The position numbers and the translations under genes were made by a program. This document shows, in pieces, positions 1 through 12,231 of a stretch of DNA of 64,000 nucleotides (the first letter of the stretch is position 1; each line of letters starts with the position of its first letter). The notes under the pieces were generated by a model. It saw only the letters and a list, made by a program, of their open reading frames with translations. It searched no databases and was not told where the DNA came from. The DNA lies in NCBI GenBank assembly GCA_025594325.1, contig JANHCV010000003.1, positions 1,240,001-1,304,000 of the forward strand. Reading direction: 5' to 3'. Origin of the DNA: Blastocladiella emersonii ATCC 22665 (Eukaryota > Fungi > Blastocladiomycota).

Positions 1-122
1 CGCTTGAGGTTGTACCGGTGCCAGTCGGTGCGGTAGTGCGTGCGCTGCTGCTCGGCCGTCGCGAACGCAACGTGGCACGACAGGCACGTGAAGGCGTAGC
101 CAGCGGGGGCGGCGGCGCTCAT
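1..122 (-). CDS. REI1: 5' end of Rei1/ZNF622-like C2H2 zinc-finger pre-60S factor (partial, runs off the window)
   Basis: Manual translation from ATG at 122: MSAAAPAGYAFTCLSCHVAFATAEQQRTHYRTDWHRYNLKR, matching the family N-terminal signature FTCxxCxxxF...QRxHxxxDWHRYNLKR. Not in the ORF track. Confidence 0.85.
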   Translation of the reverse strand, partial: MSAAAPAGYAFTCLSCHVAFATAEQQRTHYRTDWHRYNLK

Positions 123-904
123 CTTGGTTTCGGGAATCGTGGTGATGGTCGTCGGGGTGTCGGGGTCCAGCTCGCGATAGAGAGGGGACCGTCAAATGTT
201 CTGCTGCGTGAGGAGCGGGTTGCAGGAGGAGGGCGCTTCTTGTACACGCTGAGCGGCTCAGTGACGCGGTTAACCTTGGTCGGCGGGCGTCAGTCAGCAA
301 CCACGGAGCGCCCACAGCGACGGCGGCGGCGCTGACTCAACCGGCACGGTGCCACCCGCGTCACGCCGCATCACCTGCCCCGTCGCCACCCCGGCGCGAT
401 CACGCGTTCGTGGCGCGACGCGTCTCGCACCTCGCCCCGCGCGGGCACCCGCACCGCACGCAACCACGCGAAATGCGCGGTGGGAACCCGCCCGCTTGCT
501 GGGGGACACGCCGCTTTCCTTGCGCAGCCCGCTTGTCCCTCGCCGCGTGGCCCTCGGCCGCCGCCAGCAGGAAGGTGGGTGGCTTTGCTCGGATCGAGGC
601 AGACAGCGCAGATAAGGTCTTTTACTAGCATGCCATGGATGTATCAAAATCGTCCCAGGATGGTTTCCTTGACCACGAGGGCGGCTCCGCAGCGTGCGGA
701 GGTGAGGAAGGGACGAGGGCGCCGCACGCAGCGAGGTCCGGCCAGCGGGACTCGCGCCCCGCTTTCTTGTTCCCCGCGTCAGCGATCAGCATGTCACGGC
801 CGCGGTCTTGGCGATCGCACGGTTCCCTCGCTCGGGCCGTGTCGTGTCACAATGGCGTGTCCTCACGCGCGCGCGTCGCGCCGTCCACGGCCGTCCGCGC
901 CGAG

Positions 905-910
905 TATAAA
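905..910 (+). promoter_or_regulatory. TATA-like box upstream of the LPMO-like gene
   Basis: TATAAA in a GC-rich context, about 230 bp upstream of the ATG at 1142 and followed by a CT/CA-rich leader. Confidence 0.45.
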
Positions 911-1141
911 GCTCTCGCCGCGCCCTCATCCTCCTCCCGCTTCTCTTCCCCCATCAAGACCTCGCACGGCGAAGAGCTATACACGCGCTACATACACACA
1001 CCGACGACTAGCTGGGCTGGCCCGCGTCGTTCTCCTGCACTAGACCACACTCTGCACACGCACCAACTTGCTCGCATTGCGCTCGCGCGTCGCCCCGCAC
1101 CTCGCACATCCACCACCACCTACACCACCACCATCCTCACC

Positions 1142-2029
1142 ATGCTGTCCTCGACCCGCTCGTCCAAGGCTGCCGCGCTGGTCGCGGCCGCCCTCGTCGC
1201 CATGGTCGCGCTCGCGCCCATCGCGGCCGACGCACACTTCACGCTCAACAGCCCCGGCCCGTCGCGCGAGTCGCTCCAGTACCCGGGCAGCAACGAGTAC
1301 GTTTATTTTCTCCCCTCGCGCGCTCGCCGACCTCGACGACCAGATCACTAACACTCCGCGACCCCCACCAGGCGCTTCTTCCCGTACGCCGGCGGTAACA
1401 CGCTGCGCTCGATCCCGGACTGCCTTTCGATGCGCGCGAACCCGAACCCGCCGACGGTGACGGCCGGCACGGCGCAGGTCGTCGGGTTCGAGATCGGCAA
1501 CGGCGCGCACCACGTCGGGCCGTGCACGGCCGAGCTCATCGACCCGGCCACGGGCGCGTCCACGCCGCTCGGGTCCGAGGCCAACTGCGTGTCGCTGCGC
1601 CAGGCCATGACGGTCCAGCTCCCGCCCACCACCACGTGCGTCGACTGCGTCATCAAGGTCAGCGTCAAGGCCACGCACCTCAGCGAGGCGAACCCCGAGT
1701 TCTACTCGAGCTGCCTTGACGTCAAGGTCACGGGCGGCGCCGGCGCGGCTCCGGCCGCCCCGTCGCGCAACGTCCTCGACACGCCCGCGCCCGTCCCCGA
1801 GAACCCCGTGCCCGCGCCATCTGCCCCGGTCCCCGAGAACCCCGCCCCCACACCGCCAGCCCCAGTCCCCGCGGTCCCGACCCCCGACGTTCCTGCGCCC
1901 GCCGATGCCGCGTCCACGACGACGGCACCGCTGCCCGCGTCCGTCCGTGGCGGCCGCAAGAACCCCGTCGGCAAGTGGCGCAACCGCCACGCGCGTCGCC
2001 GGACCACGCGCAACGGCGGCGAGAACTGA
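1142..2029 (+). CDS. Secreted histidine-brace (LPMO-like) protein with Pro/Ala linker and basic tail; 2 exons
   Basis: A 31-aa signal peptide ends ADA, then His (codon 1235). Intron 1297-1371 (GTACGT...ACTAAC...CAG) restores the frame. Motifs GAHHVGPC, ATHL and PEFYSSCLDVKV, then PENP/PAP repeats. Confidence 0.8.
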
Positions 2030-2187
2030 GTCGTCGATCCACCCTTCCTCATTGCACTCGATCCCAACGCACTTGTATTCATCCATCACCCTCACTCGCT
2101 CGCTCCCCCTCAACCCTCAATGCATACCACCTGATTGCGTCAAGGACACTGTTTATTTGTCGTCGTCGCGCGAGCCGATCAATCGCA

Positions 2188-4895
2188 TCAGCGGCGGCTC
2201 GGGAGGTACGACATGTTGTCGGCGCCCGAGTGCGACGCGAGGTTGCCCGTGCGGCGGACCGCCGTCACGCCGCCGCTCTTCGCTACCCCGCCGGCGCCGC
2301 CGTTGGCCTTAGCGCGCTCCTTGGCGGCGGCCGCGGCGTCGTCCTCGAGCACGTCGGTGAGCGACGTGTTCTTGAGCGTGATGAGGAGGTCGCGCTGCTC
2401 GGCGGGCGTCGTGTACTTGAGCCCCGGGTGGGTTTCGATGCCCGCGAGCTTGGTGATCACCTTGAACGCGTACCCCTGGTCGACGAGGAACTGCTGGCGC
2501 CGGTTCGAGTAGTGCATCTCCTCCGTGTCCTTGGACACGAGCGAGTAGAAGAAGGCGTTGAACCCCTCGTCGTTGCGCCGCTTGGCGCGCAGGATGCGGC
2601 CCAGGCGCTGCGCTTCCTGGCGGCGCGAGCCGTAGTGCGACGAGATCTGGATCAGGCACGTCGCCTCGGGCAGGTCGATCGACGTGTCGCCGACCTTGCT
2701 GAGGAAGATGGTGCTGTGCCGCGGGTCGTTCTGGAACGCCTGCAGGACCTCTACAAGTACGAGTCGAACGGGGTCAGTCGAGTGCCGCCGACACGCAGCA
2801 GCGGAGCAAGGAGAAACACGTACGCTCGCGCTCGAGTTGGCCCGTCTTACCGTAAATGTACGGCTTCCCCATGGCGACGGCGTAGGAGCGCAGCGCGTAC
2901 ACGTTGTCGGAGAAGACAATGATCTTGTCCCCTCGGCGCTCGTGGAAGTCGATGAGGAACTGGCACGCCTGGAACTTGTTGGGGTTCATGGCGTACAGGA
3001 CCTGCTTGCGGCGCGGCTCCGTGACCATGTACTCGAGGAAGAACTCGGGCGTCATGTCGCACCACACCTCGGCGCACTGCACGCGCGCAATGTGGCCCTG
3101 CGCCGACAGGTCCATCCAGTTGGCCTCGTACAGCTTGGGCCCGATCAGGTAGTTGAGGTCCTCGATCAGCCCGTCCTCGCGCACCAGCGTCGCCGTGAGC
3201 CCGAGCTTGGTGTGCGACTTGACGTCGCTCACCACGCGGCGGAACATCTTGGCCGGCGTGACGTGCACCTCGTCGAGCAGCAGGAACCCCCACTCGGTGC
3301 GCCGGATCCGGTCCATCATCACCTCCGACTGCTTGGACAGCTTCTTGGAGTGCCCGACCATGTTGTACGTCGAGATCAGGATCCCCGGCGTGTCCTCGCC
3401 GTTGGGCGTGCTCCACTACACGCGCGTACGAACGAGTGAGTCCACAACACCGTCCCAGAAGCGCAGCAGCGCAGCAGCGTACCCATTTCTTGTCGGCCGA
3501 GGTGAACACGGCGATCGGCGGCTCGCCCTGGCCCTTGTTGAGCTCGGACCACATGAGGAACTGGCGCTTCCACTGGTTGACCGACACGGCGGACGTGCAC
3601 AGGACGAGTGTGCTCTTGCGCATGGTGGCAGCGGCCGTGATCCCGACGAGCGTCTTGCCGGCGCCGCACGGCAGCACGATGATCCCGCTGCGCGCGCGCC
3701 CGTTGCCGAACATCTTGGACAGCGCCTTCTCCTGGTACGGGCGGATCTGCGTGGTCGGCTTGAGGCTGATGTCGAGGTTGGGGGTCTTGGAGTCGTTGCG
3801 GAAGTCGTACTCCTCGAGGATCGGGTACCCGATGCCGACGCACCGCTCCTTGACGTTCTCGATGCTCTTCTCGTAGATCTCGAACGAGTGGATCGTCACG
3901 TCGTCGGTCACGTCCGCCTCCTCCTCGCGCTGCATCAGCATGTCGATGAGCCCCGAGTCCTCGGCGCGCGCCGCCGCCGTCGCCGCGTCATCGTCCTCGT
4001 TACCCGCCTCGCCCATGACCTGGTCGCCGTCACCGTCGGTCGCCCCGCGCGCAGCATCGGCGAGCGCCTTGGCCGACGCGGCGGCCGCTGCAGCGGCGGC
4101 AGCTTGCGCGGCAGCCTTGGCCTTGGCCTCGGCGGCCTTGGCGTCGGCGGCCGACGGCGGGATGCGCGCGGCGGCAATGACGGGTTCCTTGAGCAGGCGC
4201 TGCAGCGTGGCAATGTCCTCGGACTCGATGAAGTAGCGGTTCTGCTTGAGCACGAGCTTGACGCGGCCGAACGAGGCCGTCTGGCGGCGAATGTCCTCGA
4301 CCAGCCGCGGCGGGATCTCGGTCTTGGAGAAGCGGTCGAGCACGCTGATGATGTTGTCGACCTCGAGGCCGACCGAGATGGCCGCGTACAGCGAGCTCGA
4401 CGTGAGCTTGTACTCGTGGATAAAGGTCGGGCTAGTTTGTGGCGGCGCGTGAGTCAGCCCTCAGCAACGTCCCACACTGCACCAACCGCTCAGCGGCACG
4501 CACCGACTGATGGGCTCGGCAATCGTGGTGAGAAAGTCCTGCGCCTGCTCGGCAATGGGCGACGAGGCCTCGAGGATGATGGTGTTGGTCATGGGGTTGA
4601 TCCACAGCGGGCGCGAGGCGTGGTCCTTCTTGAGCGTCAGGTCCGTGAAGTCCTGCACGCCGCCCTCCTCGCCGTCGCCGCCTCCCCGCGCGCCGATCAT
4701 GTCGCCGTCGGCGCCCGCGCCGCCGCGGCCCGCAGTCCGCTTGCGCGACTTGCCCGTGGGCTTGCCGCCGAGCTCGTCGTCCGAGTGCAGCTCGAGGCCG
4801 AACTCGTCCTCGAAGTCATCGTCGGGATCGAAGCTGTAGTCGCCGTCGCCGTAGCCGGCGGGCTCCTCGAGACGCGCGCGCTTCGAGGCACTCAT
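2188..4895 (-). CDS. SSL2: TFIIH XPB/Ssl2 DNA helicase; about 3 introns (near 4430-4503, 3410-3480, 2750-2850)
   Basis: [97 protein letters not shown] are all canonical XPB motifs. Confidence 0.97.
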
Positions 4896-5809
4896 TGCAT
4901 CAACTGGCGGCGTGAACGACGGGGTTCACGGGTGCATCCGCTTCGTGGTGGAGGGAGAGCGAGAGCGCGACGCGGCCCGTGATGGTGACTTCGCTGCGCG
5001 GCGCCGTGCCGCGACTGAATCGAGTCAGCGCCTCCCTCTCCCTCTCATACCTTCACAGCGCCGCTCCCATGCACTCAAACTCCATGCAACGTGAACAGTG
5101 ACATCCATGTAACCGATCACCTTGCTATTTTGGATGGAAGCCGCCGTAGGTCGAGCGTGAGCGATCCCGCGGACTCGGCCGACCACTTTACGCGGCCGTC
5201 ACCGGCACATCCCGATGCGCGCTGTTTCGTTGGGAAATGCGGCACGGTCGCGATCCAGCGGCGCGAACGCGAGCGCCTGGCTGGAACTGCGCGGTCGCAT
5301 TGGGTCGACTTGGTCTCGGTCAGAAAGCTCAAGCGGTGCTTTCTGCCATAGTGATGTAACCTCAGTGAAGCGTTTACGATCCCCGTCGTCGACAAATCTG
5401 TGCTCTTGATTGACTGTGGCGCGCTTGAATCGGCGCTGCGCGACGCTGCGGCCGCGGGCGTTCTGCCGTTCTTGGGAGTCGCTCGGCGGACTCCAACGTG
5501 ACGGCATTTACAACCGACGCGTTGGTCCCATCGCTGCACCGCTCTCGCACAAATGGACTTGATCAACGATGACACTCAGAAAGGGGAAACAATCGATCTT
5601 TACATTCGTAACTATAAGAGTCCAGCCTGGGGGCAAAAAAGCGGACTTTCGGGAACTTTGGAGATGATTCGCGCGACGCAATCAGTCAGTTGGCGGCTCC
5701 CTCGGATGAGATATCTTTTGAGGACACGGGCAACGTGGCTGAAGTGGATGTCGAGCCACCCTTGCATCGCCGAAACGGCTCCCAGCTTGAGGGGTCTGGC
5801 GCCGTGCCT

Positions 5810-5940
5810 AACGTCAGGTCCGACGCGAGGGCCGCGACGCGAGGGCTGACGCCAGGTTCGGGCAGGACGGACGTGGCGGTTGGACGTCGGACCTGATGCC
5901 AGGCCTGACGCCGCGGTCGACGCGAGGTTTGACGCGAGGG
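5810..5940. repeat. Cluster of about 7 degenerate GACGC(G/C)AGG 9-mers
   Basis: GACGCGAGG at 5822, 5836, 5919, 5931; GACGCCAGG at 5848; GATGCCAGG at about 5895; on the minus strand it reads LASNLASTAASGLASG. Confidence 0.5.
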
Positions 5941-6833
5941 TCGGGTTCGGTTCGCGGCGCGCTCCCGGATAGCCCACGTGCTCCCCCTAATAGGTATTTC
6001 GATTGGTTTAACAGAATAATATCGATGGATTCCTCATGGTATATGCCGCGACCCTCGACGCGCGCCCAGCCCTCGACCCGCGGCCACCGCCGTGCCCATC
6101 CAGCGCTCGCGGACCGAGCTCTTTCGCGGCCACCGTCACCGCCACTCCTTGATGCGCGGGAACGAGTGCTTGAGCTCGGTCTCGATGCCGCCGACCCGTG
6201 GCCGCCCGCCCACCTTCGACGTGGCAGTCGATCTTGATCGGGTCGAGCGCACGCGCTTGATGGCCGCGCGGTCGCCGGCGCCCTTGATCTCCTTGAGCGA
6301 CTTGATCTCAAACTTGCCGTCGGCGATGGCCACGGTCGCCGGCCGTCGCAGCGAGTCGAGCCTGGACTTCCGCGCCACCGACTGTCGTTGCCCTGGTACG
6401 GAGGGGCGCGGGGTCAGCGAGGCGGAGCGAAGTGGTAGTTGTGCACAAGAGGCGTACCGCGTGGTCATGATGGCCGAGTAAGACTTGTCCGTACACTGCA
6501 GCGAGTCGAGGAACTTGGTCTTTAGAGCTCGGCGTCAGCGACTGGCAGCAGCTTGATCTACAGCGGGGCGTGCGTGTGGGCCAGCGAGAAGCTCGAGGCG
6601 CGCGTCCATGACCGTGGATCAGGTCGAAAACGCACCGTGACCGACCTTGCCCTGGATCTCGCTGTACTCGACCTCAAACGCATTGGCGGGTGCGAGGTTC
6701 AGCACGTCAGAGTCGATGGCCATGGTCGGTGCCGTCGTTGACGTTGTTCGAGGTCTTGATGGCCGTCGTGGAATTCAGCTCATTACATTCAGCACCATCT
6801 ATTTGGACGTTCCGCAACGGAACATCGCGACAC

Positions 6834-8691
6834 TCAGAGCTTGTGCTGGAGCACGCGCGTGTCGAGCGGGTGAGCGTCGAGCCAGGCGGCCGAGTCCATG
6901 CCGGCGCGGTGCAACAGCGCGGCGACCGTGACGTGCGCGACGTTGAAGGCGAGCGCGCGCGCGTTCATCTCAACGACGGACTGCGGCATGGCGAGCAGGG
7001 CCTTGGCGTACGCCGCGAGGTCGGCCACGGTCTTCTCAATGACTGGGTTCCCCGCGGCGAACGCGCGGAGCGTGCGCAGCGTCGTCGCCCAGCACTCGGG
7101 CGAGCGCGCAAACACGCGCAGCAGGTCGAGCGACAGCACGTTGGTCGTGCCCTCCCAGATGGCGAGCACCTGCGCGTCGCGCAGCAGCCGCGGCACGCCC
7201 GTCTCCTCAATGTACCCGTTGCCGCCGATCAGCTCGATGCCCTCGGACACGACCGCGACGGCGCGCTTACCCGTGAACAGCTTGAGGATCGGCGTCAGGA
7301 ACCGCAGCACCTGCGCCGCCTCGCCCGACGTGAGCCCGTCAAACTCGTTGGCTGCGGCGGTGGCGCCCGACTCGGGGTACTCGGCGCGGCCCTGCAGCGA
7401 CGCCACGTAGAAGGCGAACAGCACGTTGCCGCGCGTCTCGACCTCGACCTGCCGAAGCGTCGTGAAGTGCAGCGGCTGGTCCTTGAGCAGTTTCTGTAGG
7501 TAGCACGGCTCGAGTTAGTCTGTGGTTAGTACAGCGAATTCGAGGTGAGAAGAACGTACACCAAACACCTGGCGCTTGCCCGCATAGTCGTGCGCGATGG
7601 CGAGCACGCGTCGCATCGACGAGACCGCGCACACCGAGTTGTACACGCGCGTGACGTTGATCATGCGCGCAATCTCGGGCACGCCGCGGCCGCGCTCGCC
7701 CACGAGGTGCCCGATGCACCCGTCGAGCCGCAGCTCGGCCGTCGGCAGCGCCTTGGTCCCGAGCTTGTTCTTGAGCCGCACAATCTCGATGCCGTTGAGC
7801 TCGCCCGACCCCTCGGGTCGCAGCTCGACAAAGAAGAGCGACAGGGTCGGGTCGTCGTCGACGCGGGCCAGCGCCATGGTCATGTCGCACTCGGTCGCCG
7901 ACGAGAACCACTTGAACCCGCGCAGGGCGTACACGCGCCGGTCCGCGTCGAGCGCCACGGCCTGCGTCTCAGTGCGCGACACGTCGCTCCCGCCCGGCCG
8001 CTCCGTCATCCACTGCCCGCTCGTCCACAGCGCGGCCGGGTCGCGCGTCGTGAGGTTGGCGTACGCTGTGCGCATGCGGTCGGCGAGCGTACGCGGGAGC
8101 ACGCGCGTGCCCGCGTCGTGTGCGGCGAGGGTGGCACGGATCAGCGTCGCGGCGCCGTCGGTCATGGCGAGCGGGCACGAGTAGATGGCCGACGACGGGT
8201 TGAAGAGGTACAGCTTGGCCATCTGGCGCACGCGCTGCGTCCACTGCGGCGTTTGTGCCGGAGCGCGCTCGTACGCTGTGGCGACGATGCCCTCGGTCGC
8301 CGAAACACGGTGCAGCTCCTTCCACCCCTGCGACGTGTGGATGCGGTCGACGCGCTTGCCCCACGCATCGTACTGCTCGAGGCGCGGGTGCTACGTTGCG
8401 GGGAGAGTGTGAGAGCGGTGTGGTATGTTGAAGGCGACCGTCACGCACGTTGGACTCGGCGTCGTTGCCAAGCTGGGTGATATCGCCGTCCGAGGCGACA
8501 CGGGCGCCGAGCGCCGTCAGGTCGTCGGTCCAGTGCTCGAGGACGCCGGCGGGGAGGAGCGCGGCGAGGCACTCGCGCAGGATCGCGTCCTCGGCGAACT
8601 GGTTGCCGAACCGCGGCGGATCCTGCAGGAAATCGACGAACGGCGGGCGCGTCGCGAATGCCGTCTTGGCAGCGTCCTTGTAAGCATTCAT
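6834..8691 (-). CDS. Acyl-CoA dehydrogenase, AidB/ACDH-11-like; 2 introns (near 8392-8446 and 7497-7558)
   Basis: PRLEQYDAWGKRVDRI, SCPLAMTDGAA, TSGQWMTERPGGSDV, GFKWFSSA, RLKNKLGTKALPTAEL, GGNGYIEETGVPRLLRDAQVLAIWEGTTNVLSLD. Confidence 0.92.
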
Positions 8692-9459
8692 GGTTTTCGT
8701 GGGAGTGAGAGAGCGAGGGTTCGGCGAGCGATCTCTGCTGGTGAAAGGTCGCACGCGTCGGCCGGCTGACCGCGTGGCCCACTTCGCCCGCTCCGACTCG
8801 CCGGGACGACGCGTCGCTTACATCACATCACGCCGACCATCACCGCCGACGCCGTGGTAAATTGTCGCAAGCACACTTCATTCTGCACCCTGACACGGCG
8901 GGAGTCGGGGCAATCGACGGACCCACTCGCTGCCGACCAATTTCGCGCTGCGGACGGACGCGGTGCGCCACCGTCTGCGAACAGTTCATGACTCGCCCTG
9001 CGTGCAAGCTGTGGTCGCGAGCTTGCCCGCGCTCCAGCCACGACTCGTCGTTTGGCCACCAGCTTGGACGCGATGCTGCGGGGCGGCTTGAACATGAACG
9101 CTTGCTTGCTTTCGATGCCGCTGCACGATCCTAGGCTGCGCCACCCCACAGCAACGCTTGCAACGCTGCTGCTGCGGTCGCGTTCAGCACGCGTGCAGCG
9201 AACTCTTCGAGAGTCCAGGGACTACAAAACCCGGCCGCGTCCCCTCTCCCATCAAGTCGAACTCATCAACCCAGCCTCCAGCACCAGCAGTCGCTCGCAC
9301 CGGTCGCCCTCCCACCCTGTACACATCCCCCTCGAGAGCGTGGACCGCCCTCTCCCCTGTACCATACACTTCTACAAGACCGCGCGTGCACTGCTGCTGC
9401 TGCCACGCTAGACACCTCCGCCCTTATCCCTACCCCTACACCACACTACAACTACAAAA

Positions 9460-12143
9460 ATGGTCAAGCTCCTCTCGCTCCTCGCCATCGCCGCCGCCGT
9501 CGGCACCTCGGCCGTCGTGGCCACGCCCGTCAGCACCGACGACTTCCTCGTCTTCGACAAGCCCAAGCTCGCGCTCGACGGCAACACGGCCGGCGAGACG
9601 GTGCAGGTCGCGCTCAAGACGGCGCCCGCGTCGCGCGTCGTCGTCTACTTTGACGCGCCCAACACCAAGTTCGACAAGTGCGCGCTCGAGTTCACGCCCG
9701 ACAACTACAACAAGCCGCAGCCGCTCACGGTCGTGTCGCTGCCCTTCCTCTCGATTGCGCCCGCCGAGCGCCAGATGCCCATCACCTTCACGGCCTTCTC
9801 GGACGACTGCACCTACAAGCACTACGGCAAGTCGACGTCGCTGCCCACGGTCCGCGACAAGGAGAAGACGGGCCAGTGCCAGGTCACGGGCGACCCGCAC
9901 TACCGCTCGTTTGACACGACTGCGCTCTACCACTACCAGGGTCCGTATTTCTTCCTCTCACTCGTGTGATGGCGCGTATGATCTCGTTCCGAAGACTAAC
10001 CCACTCCGCTCTCACCATCCCAAAACGAACAGGCGAGGGCGACTTCTACCTGGTCCAGTCCGACTACGTGACGATCCAGGCGCGCCAGGGCCCGTGCTTC
10101 AGCAAGGCGACCTGCATCGTCGCCCTGGCCGTGCGCTACGGCAGCTCGTCCTTCATCATCGACGCCAACCAGGCCGACCCGAACACGTGCGTGCAGCAGA
10201 TCACCAACAAGCTCGACGGCGCGACCGTGTCCAAGACGCGGTCGGGCACGACGACCTCGGTGAACGTGGCCTTCAACGCGGGCTCGAACCTCAAGGTCGA
10301 CATCATCGGCTCGGGCAAGGACCGGTACATGAACGTGTACTTTGACGCGGCCAACCACCTGCGCGGCAAGCTCGGCGGCCTGTGTGGCAAGTTTGACGGC
10401 GACGCGAGCAACGACTTCACGGCGCGCGACGGCACCGTGTTCAAGACGCAGCCCATCATCGACTACGCCGCGGGCGACATGTTCAACAAGAAGCCCGGGT
10501 TCAAGAACACGGACCTGTACAAGTTCGGCGAGTCGTGGCGCGTGCCCGGCGACGACAACCTGTTCAAGTGCCGCGACAAGTGCACGGGCAACTCGGGCGC
10601 CAAGTTCCCGATCGGCACGCCCGTCACCGAGTGCAAGCGCCCCGACGCGGCCAAGGTCGTGTGTAACAAGCCGACGCCTTCCCTCACCACGTCCTCGTCG
10701 CTGACGACGTCGGTCACGGCCACGCCGACCTCGGTCGCCATCGTCACGACGCCCTCGGTTCCCGCTAGTTCCTCGTCGTCGTCGTCGGCTCCGGCTTCGT
10801 CGACCTCGACGCAGGTCTCGTCGGTCATCGGCTCGGCGACCACCGCCAACTCTGGCACCTCGTCCTCGTCCTCGACCACAACGACGGCCTCGACCGCCGC
10901 GACCACCAACCCGGCCGGCGGCGCCAGCACCTCGACCACGGCCACGGGCACGTTCACGGACCCCAACGGCGCTCCCGCGCAGCCCACCGTGACCAGCACC
11001 ACTTCGGCCTCGACCTCATCGGCCGCTACTGGCAGTGCTTCCTCGTCGACCACCGCCGGCGTCAACACCTCGAGTTCCTCGTCGACGACCGCTGCCCAGG
11101 GCACCACGTCGTCGTCGACGACCGCGACCACGAGCTCGTCTTCGACCCAGGTCTCGTCGGTCATCGGCGCGGCCACGAGCATCACCTCGTCGACGACCAC
11201 GTCGGCCTCGGTCCCGGCCGCCGCCAGCACAACCACCACCACCTCGGTCCCCGCCGTGATCACCACGTCGTCGACCTCGGCGGCGGTCCCGACCAAGACG
11301 CAGATCCAGACGTCGACGCGCCCGGGCACCACCTACGTGCCGCTCCCGCCGTCGTGCCCGAAGCCGATCGTCGTGTTCCCGATCCCGCCGGGCTACCGCG
11401 TTCAGCCATCGCTCCCGCGGTACACTGGCCCCGAGCCCAAGCTGCCCGCGTACCGCCCGCTGCCCGCTGCGCCCAAGGACGTGCTCGACGCGGCGGCCGC
11501 GCAGTGCGGCAAGAAGATTGTGTCCGTGGACGCGTGCGACGAGGACGTGCGGCGGTTCGTGGCGGCGTGCGAGGCCGACATTCGCGCGCAGATGAACCCG
11601 GACGCGGCGTACGAGACGCACCGCCTGGCGTACACGCACGTGTGCTCGCGGTGCGTGCTGTCCAAGGCCAAGGAACCGTTCCCGGACGTCGCTCGCGCGG
11701 CGCGCGAGGCGGCCAAGAAGCACTGCTTCGGCAGCAACGCGTGCGACCAGCAGTGCCTGCAGTGCACGGAGCGCGGGTGCCTGCAGTGCCGCGCCAACGA
11801 GCGGTTCGAGGTGGTCGGCGGCAAGTGCGTGCCGCGCACCGTCGTCCAGTACCCGGTCCAGTACTTTGCGCCCAAGCCCGTGTACCGCGCTCTCGCCGAC
11901 GACGAGGTCACGCCCCAGCTCTCGGGCGACGAGGCCGCGCTCGCCGCCGAGGACCCGAGCTACAACCCCGCCGCCAACGTCGCCCAGGACTCGATCATGG
12001 TCGTGTCGTCGGCCGAGGAGGTCAAGGGCGGTGACGACAAGAAGCAGGACGGCGGCGCCGGCGCCGCGGCCTCGTCGGCCGCGCGCATGGCCCTGTCCAC
12101 GGTCGCCGGTCTCGTGGCCGTGGCCGCGTCGCTGCTCATCTAA
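9460..12143 (+). CDS. Secreted/GPI-anchored VWD-domain protein with Ser/Thr-rich mucin-like region and Cys-rich C-terminal part; intron 9941-10032
   Basis: Signal peptide; VWD motifs CQVTGDPHYRSFD...YHYQG/EGDFYLV and GLCGKFDGDASNDF; roughly 200-aa S/T tract; CxxC clusters; hydrophobic C-terminus after small residues. Confidence 0.85.
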
Positions 12144-12231
12144 CTGTCGATTGATGTGGAGTTGTTGGAGCCTGATCATGTACAATTTGCGTATTAAAAC
12201 CCATGATTTATGAATCCTGGCACTCCCGAGG

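Noticed and set aside
5607-5620. LSU rRNA fragment (CGTAACTATAA)
   Set aside because: Only 11 bp match the conserved rRNA motif and the flanks diverge; no rRNA or tRNA gene was found anywhere in the window.
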